Assembly: GCA_043228905.1 (NCBI GenBank)
Contig: JBHGNT010000011.1
Span: 6,820,001-6,884,000, forward strand
Origin: Azolla caroliniana
Taxonomy: Eukaryota; Plantae; Polypodiophyta
Length of the DNA stretch: 64,000 nt
Direction: 5' to 3'
Shown here: positions 38,485 through 51,500 of the stretch, piece after piece
How the letters are laid out: each line of letters opens with the position of its first letter
How positions within the stretch are numbered: position 1 is the first letter of the stretch
Made by a program: the position numbers and the translations under genes
The notes under the pieces: generated by a model
Told to the model about the DNA's origin: nothing
Database searches by the model: none
What the model saw: the letters and a program-made list of their open reading frames with translations, nothing else

Positions 38485-40418
38485 ATGTTAGTGTTGGAGG
38501 ATATATCCTCTCTACTACTGGCTCGGATCATGTACTGGAATATCGAAAACATGGCCCGGTTTTGTCACAAATACAAGTTGTGCGAAGATGCTCGTCCACA
38601 TATGAACTGCAATACCTATGTGTGCACTCGGACTAGATCATGGTGGGATGGGCCCTCTATCGTTCACATCTCACTGTACGCCCCCATGTGTTTGAAAAGG
38701 ATAGAGAATACAACGGAGTGAGCAACAATGCCCTAGAAGATGACAGGAGATTCCCCCCATCCTTCGTTCCATTTACGGGGATCGAACCAGGGTCACCCGC
38801 GTGACTGGCGGGAATACTCACCACTATACTAGCACGACATATTGGTGTCGGAGGAAGTATAGTACAGTGGTGAGTACTACTTGTTCTGACCATGTACCGG
38901 AATGTCGAAAACATGGCCTGGTGTCGTCGCCAATACATCTTATCCGACGATGTTCGTCCGCATATAAAGTGCAATACACATGTGTGCATTCGGACTAGAC
39001 CAGGGTAGTATGGGCCCTCTCTCGCTAACAACCCACTATACGCCCCCAAGTGTTTGAAAGGGATCGAGAATCGAACGGAGCGAGCAAGAATTCCCTAGAA
39101 GATGACAAAAAATTCTCCACGTCATTTGCGTCGTTGCCGAGGTACGAACCTGGGTCACCCGCATGACCGGCTAGAATACTCACCCGGGTGTTGGAGGATA
39201 TATCCTCTGTACTACTTTCTCCGACCATGTACTGGAATGTCGAAAATATAGCCTGGTTTCGTCGCCAATGCATGTTATGTGACGATGTTCGTCTGCATAT
39301 TAACTGGAATACCCATGTGTGCACTCGGACGAGATCATGGTAATATAGCCCCTCCCTCACTCACGACCCACTATATGCCGCCAAGTGTTTCAAAGGGATA
39401 GAAATACCAACGGACCGAGAATGAATGCCCTCGACGATGACATGAGATTTGCCACGCCCTTCGCGCCATTGTCGAGGATCGAACCCGGATCAACCGTGTG
39501 ATAGGAAGGAATACTCAGCACTATACTACAACAACATGTTGGTGTTGGACGAAGTATCCTCTATACTACATGCTCGAACCATGTACCGGAATGCTGAAAA
39601 CATGGCCCTCTTTCGTCGCAAATACATGTTATGCGAATATGTTCGTCCGCATATGAACTGCAATACCCCTGTGTGCAGTTGGACGAGATCATGGTAATAT
39701 AGGCCATCGTTCGCTGACAACCGACTGGAATCCCATCCTTCGCGTCGTTGTCGGGGATCGAACCCGGGTTACCCGCGTGACAGGCGGGAATACTCACCAC
39801 TATACTACAACGACATGTTGGTGTTGGAGAAAGTATCCATTGTACTAATGGCTCGGACCATGCACCGGAATGTCGAAAATATAGCCCGGTTTCATCACCA
39901 ATGCATGTTATGTGAGGATATTCATCCGCATATGAACTGGAATAGCCATGTGTGCACTCGGACAAAATCATGGTAATATAGTCCCTGCCTCGCTGACGAC
40001 CCAAACTGTTTGAATTGGATAGAGAGTCCATCGGACCAAGAAAGAATGCCCTTGAAGATGACAAGAGATTTGCAATGCCCTACGCGCCTTTGCCGGGGAT
40101 CGAACCCGTGTCACCGGCGTGACAGGCGGGAATACTCACCACTATACTACAACGACATGTTGCTGTTGGAGGAAGTATCCTCTATACTACTTGCTCGAAC
40201 CATGTACCGGAATGTTGAAAACCTGGCCCCTTTTCGTCGCAAATACATGTTACGCAAAGATGTTCGTACGCATATGAACTCGGACTAGATCATGGTAATA
40301 TAGGCCCTCGCTCGCTGATATCCCACTGTACGCGTCCAAGTTTTTGGAAGCGATGGAGAATCCAACGAGCCGTGCAAGAATGCCCTAGAAGATGACAGGA
40401 AATTCGCCCCATCCTTCG

Positions 40419-40490
40419 CGCCGTTGCCGGGGATCGAACCCGGGTCACCCGCGTGACAGACGGGAATACTCACCATTATACTACAACGAC
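40419..40490 (-). tRNA. tRNA-Asp(GTC), among the best-preserved copies
   Basis: 72 nt, two changes from consensus (G15>A, C31>T wobble), intact A and B boxes; no adjacent T4 terminator. Confidence 0.65.
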
Positions 40491-40742
40491 ATGTTGGTGT
40501 TGGAGGATATATCCTCTGTACTACTTGGTCAGACCATGTACCGGAATGTCGAAAATATAGCCATGTTGAAAATACAGGTTATGTGACTATGTTAGTCCGC
40601 AGATGAACTGGAATACCCAAGTGTGCACTCGGATGAGATCTTGCTAATATAATCCCTCCCTCGCTGACGACCCACTTTACACCCCCAAGTGTTCGAAAGG
40701 GATAGAGAATCCATTGGACCAAGAAAGAATACCCTCAAAGAT

Positions 40743-41123
40743 GAATTAAAAAGATATATGGTTAGAGAAAGCACATCCCTAGGTTATTTAAATATGCAAA
40801 AGAAATTCTTTACGAGACTTAGGGCCCGAGGTTATCCCACGCATTTTATTCTAAAGAACTTTAGAAAACACCCTTACTCCCTTAGACACACTCTCCTCTT
40901 CAAAGAAAAAACTAAAAAAACCACCCCACCCACTATCTTCAAACTTAGATATACTCGCCATACCCCCACACTAATTATCAAAGAAATGCTCAATAGCCTA
41001 CACTCTAGCCTACAATTAGATCCCCAACTACAACATATCCCTAAACCCATTATTTGTTGGACAAAATCCAAAAACCTCCACTCTTTTCTAGTCAAAACTA
41101 AAAACATCTTAGAACCCCCATAA
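40743..41123 (+). pseudogene. C-terminal fragment of a Penelope-like reverse transcriptase
   Basis: ORF 40689-41123, whose first ~18 aa are satellite-derived; no GIY-YIG follows. Confidence 0.72.
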
Positions 41124-41570
41124 ACATATTTTCTCACCCTTCATCTATCCCCCTTCCTCGTTCCTCCCTCCTTCCCCCTTACTACTATTTACTAGTCACA
41201 CACATCTCCTTTTTCCCCTTCCCTCCTATCTATACTCCCCTATCATTCCCTTATATTTCACTAAAATCTATATTTCTCTCTCTCTCTCTCTCTCTCTCCC
41301 TTACTACTATTTTATATCTTCACTCATTCCTTCTCTCTCTCTCTCTCTCTCTCTCTCCCTTTTTTCTCCCTTCTCCCTTCCCCCTCCCCTATACCTCTCA
41401 CTACCTTTTTATACACATTACACTAAAATCCATACTTCTCTCTCCCTTTTTTCTCCCTTCTCCCTTCCCCCTCCCCTATACCTCTCACTACCTTTTTCTA
41501 CACGTTTCACTAAAATCCAAGTTCTCTCTCTCTCCCCCCCTTACTACTATTTTATATCTTTACTCATTCC

Positions 41571-41613
<43 letters not shown>

Positions 41614-42028
41614 CCTTCCCCCTCCCCTATACCTCTCACTACCTTTTTATACACTCTCTCTCTTCCCTCGTTTCCCTCAAACCTTCTCCCCACCACCTCT
41701 TACTAACTTCCTTTTTCATTTTCCTTCCTTTCCCTTCTTATTCCCTTCCTTAATTTTCACCTTCTCACCATCTTATATTTACGTACTTATAATTACATAC
41801 CCTATCACTCACTCATCTGTCTTATCACCCTATCAATCTTCCTATCACCAACTCATTTCCCCCTTTATCACCACCCCCCCTATCATCAAGATCTTCCACC
41901 TTAAATCCTTACAGCCTTCCATCTATTTACACTCTTATTACACCCCACTCACTATGATTATACTTTCCCTCTTTCTCCTCCCTTCCCCATTCTCAACATC
42001 CTATATAAACCACCATTTGTATTTCCAT

Positions 42029-42083
42029 GACCTTTTGCACTGATGAGCTCTAAGCGAGAGAAACTAGTTTGCTGCATAAGGTC
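42029..42083 (+). ncRNA. Type I minimal hammerhead ribozyme (possibly degenerate)
   Basis: GACCTT-TTGCA-CTGATGA-GCTC-TAAGC-GAGA-GAAA-CTAG-TT-TGC..AAGGTC; palindromic stem III ACTAGT; G10.1 faces A instead of C. Confidence 0.7.
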
Positions 42084-42115
42084 TTTCCTTTCATTTTAAT
42101 GAAAACTTATTGAGT

Positions 42116-42117
<2 letters not shown>

Positions 42118-42166
<49 letters not shown>
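42118..42166. repeat. (TG)n microsatellite
   Basis: About 24 TG units. Confidence 0.95.
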
Positions 42167-42169
<3 letters not shown>

Positions 42170-42307
42170 AGAATCTCTTCTTTTACTATTACATTATCTA
42201 CTATATCACAAAGTCACCCGCACTCCTTGCTACAACCGAACGGTTAATTACAGAAAAAACTCACATGCCATGAGTTTTGTGGTTGTTTGGATGCTTCAAG
42301 CATTGCA

Positions 42308-42362
42308 AGTTAAGCGCTTGAGCCAGAACAGTACTGGGATGGGTGACCTCCCGGGAAGTCCT
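42308..42362 (+). pseudogene. 5S rRNA-derived internal control region (A box to C box) in non-5S flanks
   Basis: AGTTAAGCG--CTTGAGCCAGAACAGTACTGGGATGGGTGACCTCCCGGGAAGTCCT aligns to the 3' half of plant 5S rRNA. Confidence 0.8.
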
Positions 42363-42477
42363 GGTTACATCTACGATAGTAATGGATTCGCGGGGGCCCA
42401 TTGCTATCAAGAGTAGACACGCTCCGTATTCGAGCGGTATATCAACCCACACTCCTTGCAAAGCCGTAAGCCAAACA

Positions 42478-43984
42478 CTAAATTGCCACGCCCTTCGCGC
42501 CGTTGCCGGGGATTGAACCTGGGTGACCCGCGTCACAGGTGGCAATACTCACCACTATACTACAACGACATGTTGGTGTTGGAGAAACTATCCTTTGTAC
42601 TACTGGCTCGGACCATGTACCGGAATGTCGAAAATATAGCCCGGTTTCGTCGCCAATGCATGTTATGTGACGATGTTCGTCCGCATATGAACTGGAATAC
42701 CCATGTGTGCACTCGGACGAGATCATGGTAATATAGTCCCTCTCTCGCTGACGACCCATTGTATGCCCCTAAGTGTTTTAAAGGGATAGAGAATCCAACG
42801 GACCGAGAAAGAATGCCCTCGAAGATGACATGAGATTTGCCACGCCTTTCGCGTCGTTGCTGGTGATCGTACCCGGGTCACCCGCGTGACAGGCGGGAAT
42901 ACTCACCAGTATACTAGAACGACATGTTGGTGTTGGAGGAAGTATAGTATAGTGGTGAGTACTACTTGTTCTGATCATGTACCGGAATGTCGAAAACATG
43001 GCCCGGTGTCGTCGCCAATCCATGGTACATGACGATGTTCGTTCGCATATGAACTCGAATACCCATGTGTGCACTCGGACGAGATCATGGTAATATAGTC
43101 CCTCTCTCGCTGACGACCCACTGTATGCCCCTAAGTGTTTTAAAGGGATAGAGAATCCAACGGACCGAGAAAGAATACCCTCGAAGATGACATGAGATTT
43201 GCCACGCCTTTCGCGTCGTTGCTGGTGATCGAACCCGGGTCACCCGCGTGACAGGCGGGAATACTCACCAGTATACTAGAAGTACATGTTGGTATTGGAG
43301 GAAGTATAGTATAGTGGTGAGTACTACTTGTTCTGATCATGTACCGGAATGTCGAAAACATGGCCCGGTGTCGTCGCCAATCCATGGTACATGACGATGT
43401 TCGTTCGCATATGAACTCGAATACCCATGTGTGCACTTGGACGAGATCATGGTAATATGTACCCTGCCTCGCTGACGACCCATTGTATGCCCCCAAGTCT
43501 TCATAAGGGGTATAAAATCTAGCGGTAAGAGAAAGAATGGCGTAGAAGATGACAGGAAATTCGCCCCATCCTTCGCACCGTTGCCGGGGATCGAACCCGG
43601 GTCACCCGCGTGACAGACGGGAATACTCACCACTATTCTACAACGACATGTTGGTGTTAGAGGATATATCCTTTGTACTACTGGCTTGGACCATGTACCG
43701 GAATGTCGAAAACATGGCCCGGTTTCGTCGCAAATGACGGGAACTAGAAGCTCCCTATACGCAACGCTCGGCCACAACCGAGCTTGAATCATGCACAGAA
43801 AACGGTGAAAGAATGCCCGACACGAAGAAGAGAAGAATACACAGGATATTTACGAGGAGAAACCCAACCTAGAAGATAATTGGAAATTCGCCCCATCCTT
43901 CGCGCCCTTGCCAGGGATCAAACCCGGGTCACCCGCGTATCAGACGAGAATACTCACCACTATACTACAATGACATGTTGGTGT
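42478..43984 (-). repeat. tRNA-Asp tandem repeat, ~5 units, with a ~130-bp foreign fragment at 43735-43867
   Basis: Reverse complement of the unit; the insert begins TG and may be an LTR remnant. Confidence 0.88.
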
Positions 43985-44403
43985 TGTTATTCTCTGACCG
44001 GAAAAGGCCTAACACAAGGTGTCACGGAGACACTTCACCAAAGGGTGATTACGGCATAGGATTAAGATTCAACGATTACACCGACTTACGTAGGTTACAC
44101 GATTAGATCGCTTTGGTTAATTACACGCGTAAGATATAAAAGTAAGTACAGAACGGAAATCAACACAGAAGTATAAACACCATATGCTCTATTAATTATC
44201 CGCTGCGATTACAATGGGGTCCGGGCCTTTAAATAGGTTTCCGGCCCGTAGTACAAAACGGTGCCTATCACACCTATTCGGGATCCGTCCGGATCTGGAA
44301 CGGCATACCGTTTCCAGTCCGTCCGTCCACACTATTCTTATTTACAACCATACTTAATTAATTCCTTCACTCCGTATTTTGGACTCCTTGCCGGCCGGTA
44401 ACA
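43985..44403 (-). repeat. 3' LTR
   Basis: TGTTACCGG...AATAACA on -. Confidence 0.95.
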
Positions 44404-44455
44404 CATGGCACGCCCGTGGGACAGTACCTTGTACGTCGAACCCTTCTCGGCCCCT

Positions 44456-47125
44456 TCATTGTTCACCCAAATTGTCCAAAATACTTTGTTCCAGAGTTTC
44501 CACTTGTTCTTCCGGTTGTGGTTGTCGCGGCTGTGCTTGCTGCTACTGCTGTGGTTGCGGTTGGGACTGAGGCTGCTCCGGCTGCTCTATAGGCGGCTGC
44601 TCCGTTTGTTTCTCTGACTCCGGCATCCCCGTTTGACTGCTTCCGGTCCGGTCTCCTTCCAGTAACGGTTACTCATCACTGAGGTTGACCGTAACCGGTT
44701 CTCGTGCTTTCTCTTCCCGGATCCGGGACCTCTCGTAGCTTTCAAACTGGATCTGCGCCTCCAGCCTGTCGTCGTCCAGCTGAGCTACAAGTTGCCGGAC
44801 TTGCCCTAGTTGGTCCTCTGCCAAGGCCTGAAAGTCTTCGGCCAGCTCATCTCTTATGCCGGTGAAGTCTTCGGAAGTCAGCATATAGCAATCATCTCCC
44901 TCCTTCCGCCGGTTCTCTACGTCGGCCCGGAGCAATTGGAGTTCCGCCGCGTTCGTGGCCCACTTGGTCCACCATTTGACGGAACCGTTGTCAATCAAGC
45001 TCTTGGTCTGGTTCAACCAGGCCCGCATGATATCCTGGATGCGACTTGCTCCCATTTGCGCTCTACTTTCCACAACTTGTCGTTCCTCCTTCAACTGCTT
45101 GATGAGATTAGCCGTATCCTCCGCCTGCTCTCTGTAGCGCGTCAACTGCCCTTGATATGTTGTTTGCAGCCTCTGCAGTACCTCCGCCGCTCTTTCTTTT
45201 TCCGCCTGCTGTTGCCTGAGGAGCTTTGTCCGAACCTTCTCCGCCTCTTCCAACCGTCTTCTGGTTTCCGCTTGTTCCTTAGCGTATGCCATTGCGGTCC
45301 GATCAACTGCTTGCCGGAGCTCATCTGTCCGTTCCTTGTGCTCTGTTTGCAACCGTTTATACTCCCGGTGCAAGTGCTCAAATTCCTCCGTTTTTTGTTT
45401 GAGCTTGCCGTTGATCTGGCGATGGTTCCGGTCCTCCCTATCCTTTACCTACCGGAGTTCCTCTTTCAGGCGCTCTACTTCTGTTTCGGCGTTTCTCCGG
45501 AGCCTGTCCTTCTCTTGCAGCATTTTCTCCTTCTCCTCCTTGAGCCGGTCGTATGCTTGGTGGCCTTTTCGTAAGCTCTCCTCGGCCCGGCGTAGATTCT
45601 CGGCAGTCTTTTTGAGTTCTGCCTCTGCTGCCGTCTTCAACTCTCTTTCGCGGCTCCTCAGCGCTTCTTGGGCAGCTAGCTCATCCTTTAAGTCCGCAAG
45701 CTCTTGGGCTTGTGCCGCATTTCTCTCCGGAACGGTTTCCGTTGCCGGGGTCTGATTGCTATGTACAGGTTGATCTGACGCTTTATTCTGTACATTGCCC
45801 GGAGACACCGGTGCTTGGACTTGTGTTGTCAAAGCCAATTGAGCCATTTCCCTTGTGACCCTGTCCAAGTCTTGTTCAAGGCTCCGGATTCTGGACCGGG
45901 CCGTCTCTAGATCTACGGTTGTGACGAGCAACCGTTCGTGGTGCGCTCTCTCCTCCGCCTCTATGTACTCGACCACTCCGGCGATCTGCTCGCCTACCCA
46001 CCGTAGCCACATGCTACTGGTGCCTTGCTGCTGTACTGGTCGGGTCGGCTCGTTCACTGTGGAATTGTCTGGCCTGAGTGCTTGTATCTGCCGTTCTGGT
46101 TCTACTCCTTGGCCACCGTGTGTGCTGGCTGGGCTCGCCGGCTGTTGAGTTCCGGTTCTCGCCGTCTCCGGAGCCGTTGGAATGACTTCTTCTATAGAAG
46201 TCGACAAGGCCGGTTCCATACGCACCGGTTCCGGTTCCTCCCTTGTGGTTTGCTCAGGTTGAGTTGGGGGCGTTTCTTCCTCTTGCGGGTACGAACGCTC
46301 CCCCGCTGTCCCGGCGGTCCTACTTCTTGACCGTCGTTGGAGGTGCTCTTCTGGCTCCTCCGTTTCCTCTTCCTGGGTAACGGCATGTTTCTGTGCCGTC
46401 AAGGGTTCTGGTTCCTTCTGTCCCGGTCGCCGTATGGTTATCTTAACGGGTCGGACCGGTGACACCTCCTCCGGTTCTGGGAGCCGTTTCTTCCCTTTCG
46501 TCGCCTTCGACGCCAGCAGCTGCTGTCGTTTAGACGCGGGTTTCGAGGTGCTTCCTTCCGATAATCTTGGCCGCTTCTTTGGCTGGACGGTCTCGACCGG
46601 CGGCACGAGCAATGTTATCCACTGAGCTACGGCATGCCACAGCTTCCGGCCCTCCTTGCCGTCCTTTCCTCGTACCATGTCGATTGCCGCGCACAAACCG
46701 TCTGCAATCAACACCGGCCAATCCACCTTGGTCCCTTCATAGGTGGCTATGATCATCCCTGCCTGATTTTTTGGCATGACAGGGGGTCGGGGGTACACGT
46801 GGCCGTACTCATGGAGCACTCGAGCTATCTCCCTGAATAGCGGATCTTCGCCGCCCTGCGTTCGATAGCCTTTGCCGGCAACAGAGTACTCACCGAAATA
46901 TCGGATGAGTTGCTCCGAGGTTGGGTTATCAATCTGAAAGATACCTCCCTCCGGAAGGCCTGTTAGCACACGTATCGCTTCCTCGGTGATGACTTCCGTG
47001 TCGAGCTCCTTGATGACCCGGTCGGCTTCTCTGTGCGGTGGTGCCTCCATGATGGTCAAGAACCCATCCAGTCCGTGTTGCCTGAGCCATTTCCTGGCCG
47101 CTTCCGACAGCGTTTGTGGTTCCAT
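44456..47125 (-). pseudogene. Additional sense ORF3 (~890 codons): plant-mobile-domain-like N-terminus, acidic/Pro linker, long coiled coil; split by a few stops
   Basis: ORFs 45449-47425 and 44669-45373; homologous ORF in the element at 59480+ with the same terminal stop. Confidence 0.7.
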
Positions 47126-47498
47126 GTCTGCTTCGAGGTCGAGGAAAGATAGCGAGGTAGAGTGGTGATGGGAGTGAGAGCGAGAGATAGAGAGTTCCGA
47201 ACGTGGGGGTTCTCTGAGTGCAAGTTCGCGTTTGGTAAGCTTCCACCGCCTTGGTGCTTCTGTGCTTCTTTGCTCGCGAAATGAAAAGGTCTCCATGCGT
47301 TCTGCTTCTTCTCTGTGCGTCTTGGCGCCTTTTTCGAGCATGCACACGTCGTGTACCAATTTAGTATTAAGTAGCGTGGCGGCTCTTAAATGCCCACTTT
47401 GTACCTTTTCGCTCCTTGCTTTCACGTCCGTTCATACCTCGATTTTTTTTATTTTTTATTATTTTTTATTTTTAAATTTTAAATGACGGTATGTGATC

Positions 47499-50400
47499 TT
47501 ACACATCCGTAGGTCCCTTCGGACCCTTACCGTTTTCCTTACGGGTTGCCGTGTCTTCCTTCGCCTCTGCTACGGGTTCCCCGTCGTCTTTTTCTTCCAT
47601 CCGTACCGTTCCCGGTATAGTGCCGGTGGGCTGCATAAACGGGTTCTTTGGCATCGGTCCTTTATAGGGCTTTAGTCTAAATCCGTTGACCCACTTGCCT
47701 AGCACTTCACCGGCAAGTGTCCCTAACTGATAGGACCCGTTGTATTCCCGTGTAAGCCAATACGGGCCTGTCCATCTAAACCGGATTTTACCCGGCAGCT
47801 TGCCCATCCTCGTTTGGAATACTAGCACCGGCTTTCCGATTTCGAACATCTTTTCATTACCTTTCCGGTGACGGTCAACGAACGCTTTCCGTCGTCATTG
47901 CTCCAGTTCCATGTGTAGGATGCTGGCCAGCCGTTGCTCCTCCAGTTCGCATAGTGCTGCTAGCCGCATTTCCTCCGACTCCTTTTCATTCAGCCGTTCC
48001 CGTAGTTGGATCCGTAAGCTTGGTACCTGAAATTCCACCGGCATGACTGCCTCTAAGCCGAACGCTAACCGGAACGGCGTTGTCCGGATACTTGTTTTGT
48101 ATGCCGTTCGGTACGCCCATAGCGCGCTATGGAGCTTTGTATCCCAGTCCGTCCGGTTTTCATTGACGATTTTGCGGAGAATGTTCTGCAGCGTTTTGTT
48201 GGTGGACTCTGCTAACCCGTTCGCTTGTGGGTAGTACGGTGTGCTCCGTTTATGGACCACGGCATAGAACGTTGTTAAGCTTTCAACTACCTGGCCGAGG
48301 AAGTGCCCTCCTTGGTCGCTGATTAATTCAATTGGACATCCATATCGGCACCAAATGTTCTCGTACAGGAATTTTGCTGTGGATGACGCGGTATTGTCTC
48401 TCAAGGCCTTAGCCTCCACCCATTTAGTGCAATAATCTGTTGCCACGATGACATAACGATTACCCGTTCTCATTGCCGGTGGCTTGAACGGTCCGACAAA
48501 ATCCAACCCCCACTTCTGGAATGGCTCTAGTGGAAGTACCGGTTGGTGTGGCATCCGTGCTTGCTCCGTAGGCTGGCCCATTCGTTGGCATAGGTCACAT
48601 TCCTTAGCATACTTGACGGCGTCTTTTAACGTCGTGGGCCACCATAAGCCGCTCTGCCATACCTTCCTTGCCGTCGCTTCCCCGGCATAGTGTCCTCCGG
48701 CAACCCCACAGTGTGCTTCCCGTAAGATTACTTGTTTCTCGTCACTACGGACTGCCCGTCTCCATATTCCATCTGCTCCTTTGTGGTAGAGAGTGTCCCG
48801 TAACAGACAAAAATTGCGGCTCTGCACCGCCAGTCGTTTCCTCTCGTCCCGGTTCATTTCCTCCGGTGGCAGGCCCGTGCTTAGGAACTGGTGCATGTTT
48901 GTCAGCCACCTATCTTCTGATGCCACCGTGTCGTCCGCTGCCGTTTCCGGGGTGATACGGAATAACTCTGCGTCCGGGAATTCATCCGATACTCCGTCGC
49001 CTGATTCTCCGGACTCTAACCGGCTCAGGTAGTCTGCTACGGCATGCTGGATACCGGGCCGGTGGAAGATCTCGAATTCGAACTCCTGCAACAGCAAGGT
49101 CCAACGGGCCAACTTACCGGTCAGGGACGCCTTGGACACTAAGTACAGGAGCGCCGAGTGATCCACATGAAAGGAGAACTTCCTTCCCAATAGGTAATGA
49201 CGAAACTTTGTGACACTGTAGATCATGCCCAGGGCCTCCCGTTCCGTAGTCGAATAGTTCTTCTCCGCTTGGGACAGCTTCCGGCTGGCATAATATACCG
49301 GCCGGTACCATTTGGGCTCCGTAAGTTGCATTAAGGCGCTGCCGATAGCAATGTCGGAAGCGTCAACGAACACATGAAATTCCTTGCTCCAATCCGGAGG
49401 CTGCACGACGGGTGCTTGCGACAAAAGTACCTTCAGGGCATTGTATGCCTTATCCTCCGTATCCGTCCATTGGAACGGTGTCCGATGTACCGCGGTGTGT
49501 AATGGTGTAGCCAAGTCAGCCAAGTGACGGAGCATCCGGCTGTGCCACCGGATCTGTCCTAAGAATCGGCTTAGTGCTTTGGCCGTTTTCGGCGCCGGTG
49601 CCCCTAGTATCGCGTTTACTTTGTCCGGGTCGACCGCAATGCCCTCCTTACTTACAATGTGTCCCAGTAAGATTCCACTTGAAACTCCAAAGATGCATTT
49701 TGCTGGGTTTAAGCTTAGCCGGTATAACCTACACTTTTCAAGGCATAACCGTAGGTGCTGCAAATGGTCTTTTACCCGGCTATAGACTGCAAAATCATCC
49801 AGGAAAACCTGCATGAAGGCAGGAATGTATTCGCCGAAGATCTCCATGATGATTCGCTGGAAAGTTGCTGGTGCCGTTTTTAGGCCGAACATCATTACTT
49901 CGGCCACAAACACCCCCCATTCGGTGACGAACGCTGTCTTCTCCTGGTCGTCAGGGTGCATCCGGATTTGATTGTATCCGCTGAACCCGTCTAGAAAGCT
50001 ATAAACTTCATGGCCGGCGACGGCATCCAGTACTCCATCCGTGAACGGAAGAGGGAATGCATCCGTAATTGTGGCTGCATTTAGTTTCCTGTAATCTACA
50101 CACACGCGGATTTTACCGTTCTTCTTTGGGACGACGACGATGGGGCTCAGGCACGTCGCTTTCTTTACCGGCCGGATGAAGCCCACTCTTAGGAGTTTGT
50201 CGATTTCCTCCTTCACTTTGGCGGCGTAGTTGGGGTTCATTCGGTAACGTCTTTGCGCCACTGGTTTCGCGTCCTTGCCTAAGTGGATCTGATGCTGAAA
50301 TAATTGAGGGTCCAGCCCTCGCATGTCTTCGTATGACCAGGCGAATACGTCGCGAAACTCCGTGAGAAGTTTGATCATCGCCGCTTTATCTTCCGGCTTC

Positions 50401-51488
50401 ATTTCTTTGGCGATGTGTACCGGCTTTGATTCGTCCTTGCTTCCTAGGTTCACTTCGTCGAGTTGGGATGTTTTTACCCGTTGGAAAATGGCCATTTCCC
50501 GTTCCAATGCTTCCTGTGCTTGCCGTAATTCCCGAATCGAATCTTTGTCTGGTTCGGCTTCGGTTTCGTCCCGCTGCGGCAAGTATGACGCTACGGCTTC
50601 AGCTACGTCAATCTCGAAGAGTGGTACGATCTTCGGGTGTTCCTCCAAGTACTGGGCTTCTTCGTCGTCTGCCAACCCTTCAAGCATGTTCACGCATTCC
50701 GCATATAGCGGTGTGCATTCCTTACCCTTGCTCGTCCGTGGTTGTGTCGGTACCCGGACCTTGGCTTTTCCGCGCCGGAAGGTGATCATATTTTTCCGCC
50801 AATTTTGCTTGATGTGTGCTGTTTTCAACCATGGTCTGCCCAGCAACAGTGGGTACGCGCCTTGCGCCTGTAGCTGCAGCACTACAGCCGAGATGTGAAA
50901 TGTGTGACCTCCTATGGTGACTTCCAATTTCCGTATTAAGCCCGTCGGCCGTACAGAGCTCGTATCCGCCATCTGTAGCCAGAACGGACATGGCTCCCAT
51001 TCATGTATACCCAAGGCATCACACGTGTGGAGGCTTATTACGTTCACCCCGGAACCTCCGTCGATTACTGTGCCGGGAAGTTCGTGCCCTTTGACAATAG
51101 CTGTAATCACCGGACTACTAGTGTCCACCACCGTCGATCCCTCCTCCGGATTCGAGAAGAGGACTGGTGCCGGTGGGGCTATACCGTTTGTCATGCCCGT
51201 TTTTAGTCCTTCCGTAAATCGCGGCACGAGCTGCAAGAGTCTTCCTAATGGCAACGTGATCTGACATTCTTGCAGTGCTTGCCATGTCTCGTTTTCTGGG
51301 TGGCTACCGCCAGCACTCCCTATGGTATTCGCCTTTTGCCGTTCCGCGTCCGCGACGTTCCTTTCATTGGCTTCCTTCACCCATTCCGTCGCCTGTTTTC
51401 GTATGGCCTCTTGTGTTTCCCACTCTTTGGCCATGCCTTTCGACCGTGTGGTTACTTGCTGTATATCCGCCACTTCCGGAACCACCAT
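47499..51488 (-). CDS. pol: Pol (PR-RT-RNaseH-integrase), one premature stop at 47895
   Basis: VIDGGSGVN, CVDYRKLN, FLDDF, VDASDIAIG, WGLDFVGP, ISDQGGHF, RFRWTGPY. Confidence 0.93.
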
Positions 51489-51500
51489 ATTAACTGCTGG

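Larger units (their letters stand above)
36558..40742 (-). repeat. tRNA-Asp tandem repeat, ~13 units, inverted
   Basis: Reverse complement of the unit. Confidence 0.92.
40743..42260 (+). mobile_element. Penelope-like element, 5'-truncated: RT C-terminus, long CT-rich UTR, TATA + hammerhead, (TG)n
   Basis: ELKRY...FFTRLRARGYP...PKPIICWTKSKNLHSFLV matches the PLE RT thumb pattern as I recall it; hammerhead core at 42040-42069. Confidence 0.75.

Noticed and set aside
42308-42362. Functional 5S rRNA gene
   Set aside because: The 5' half and terminator are missing
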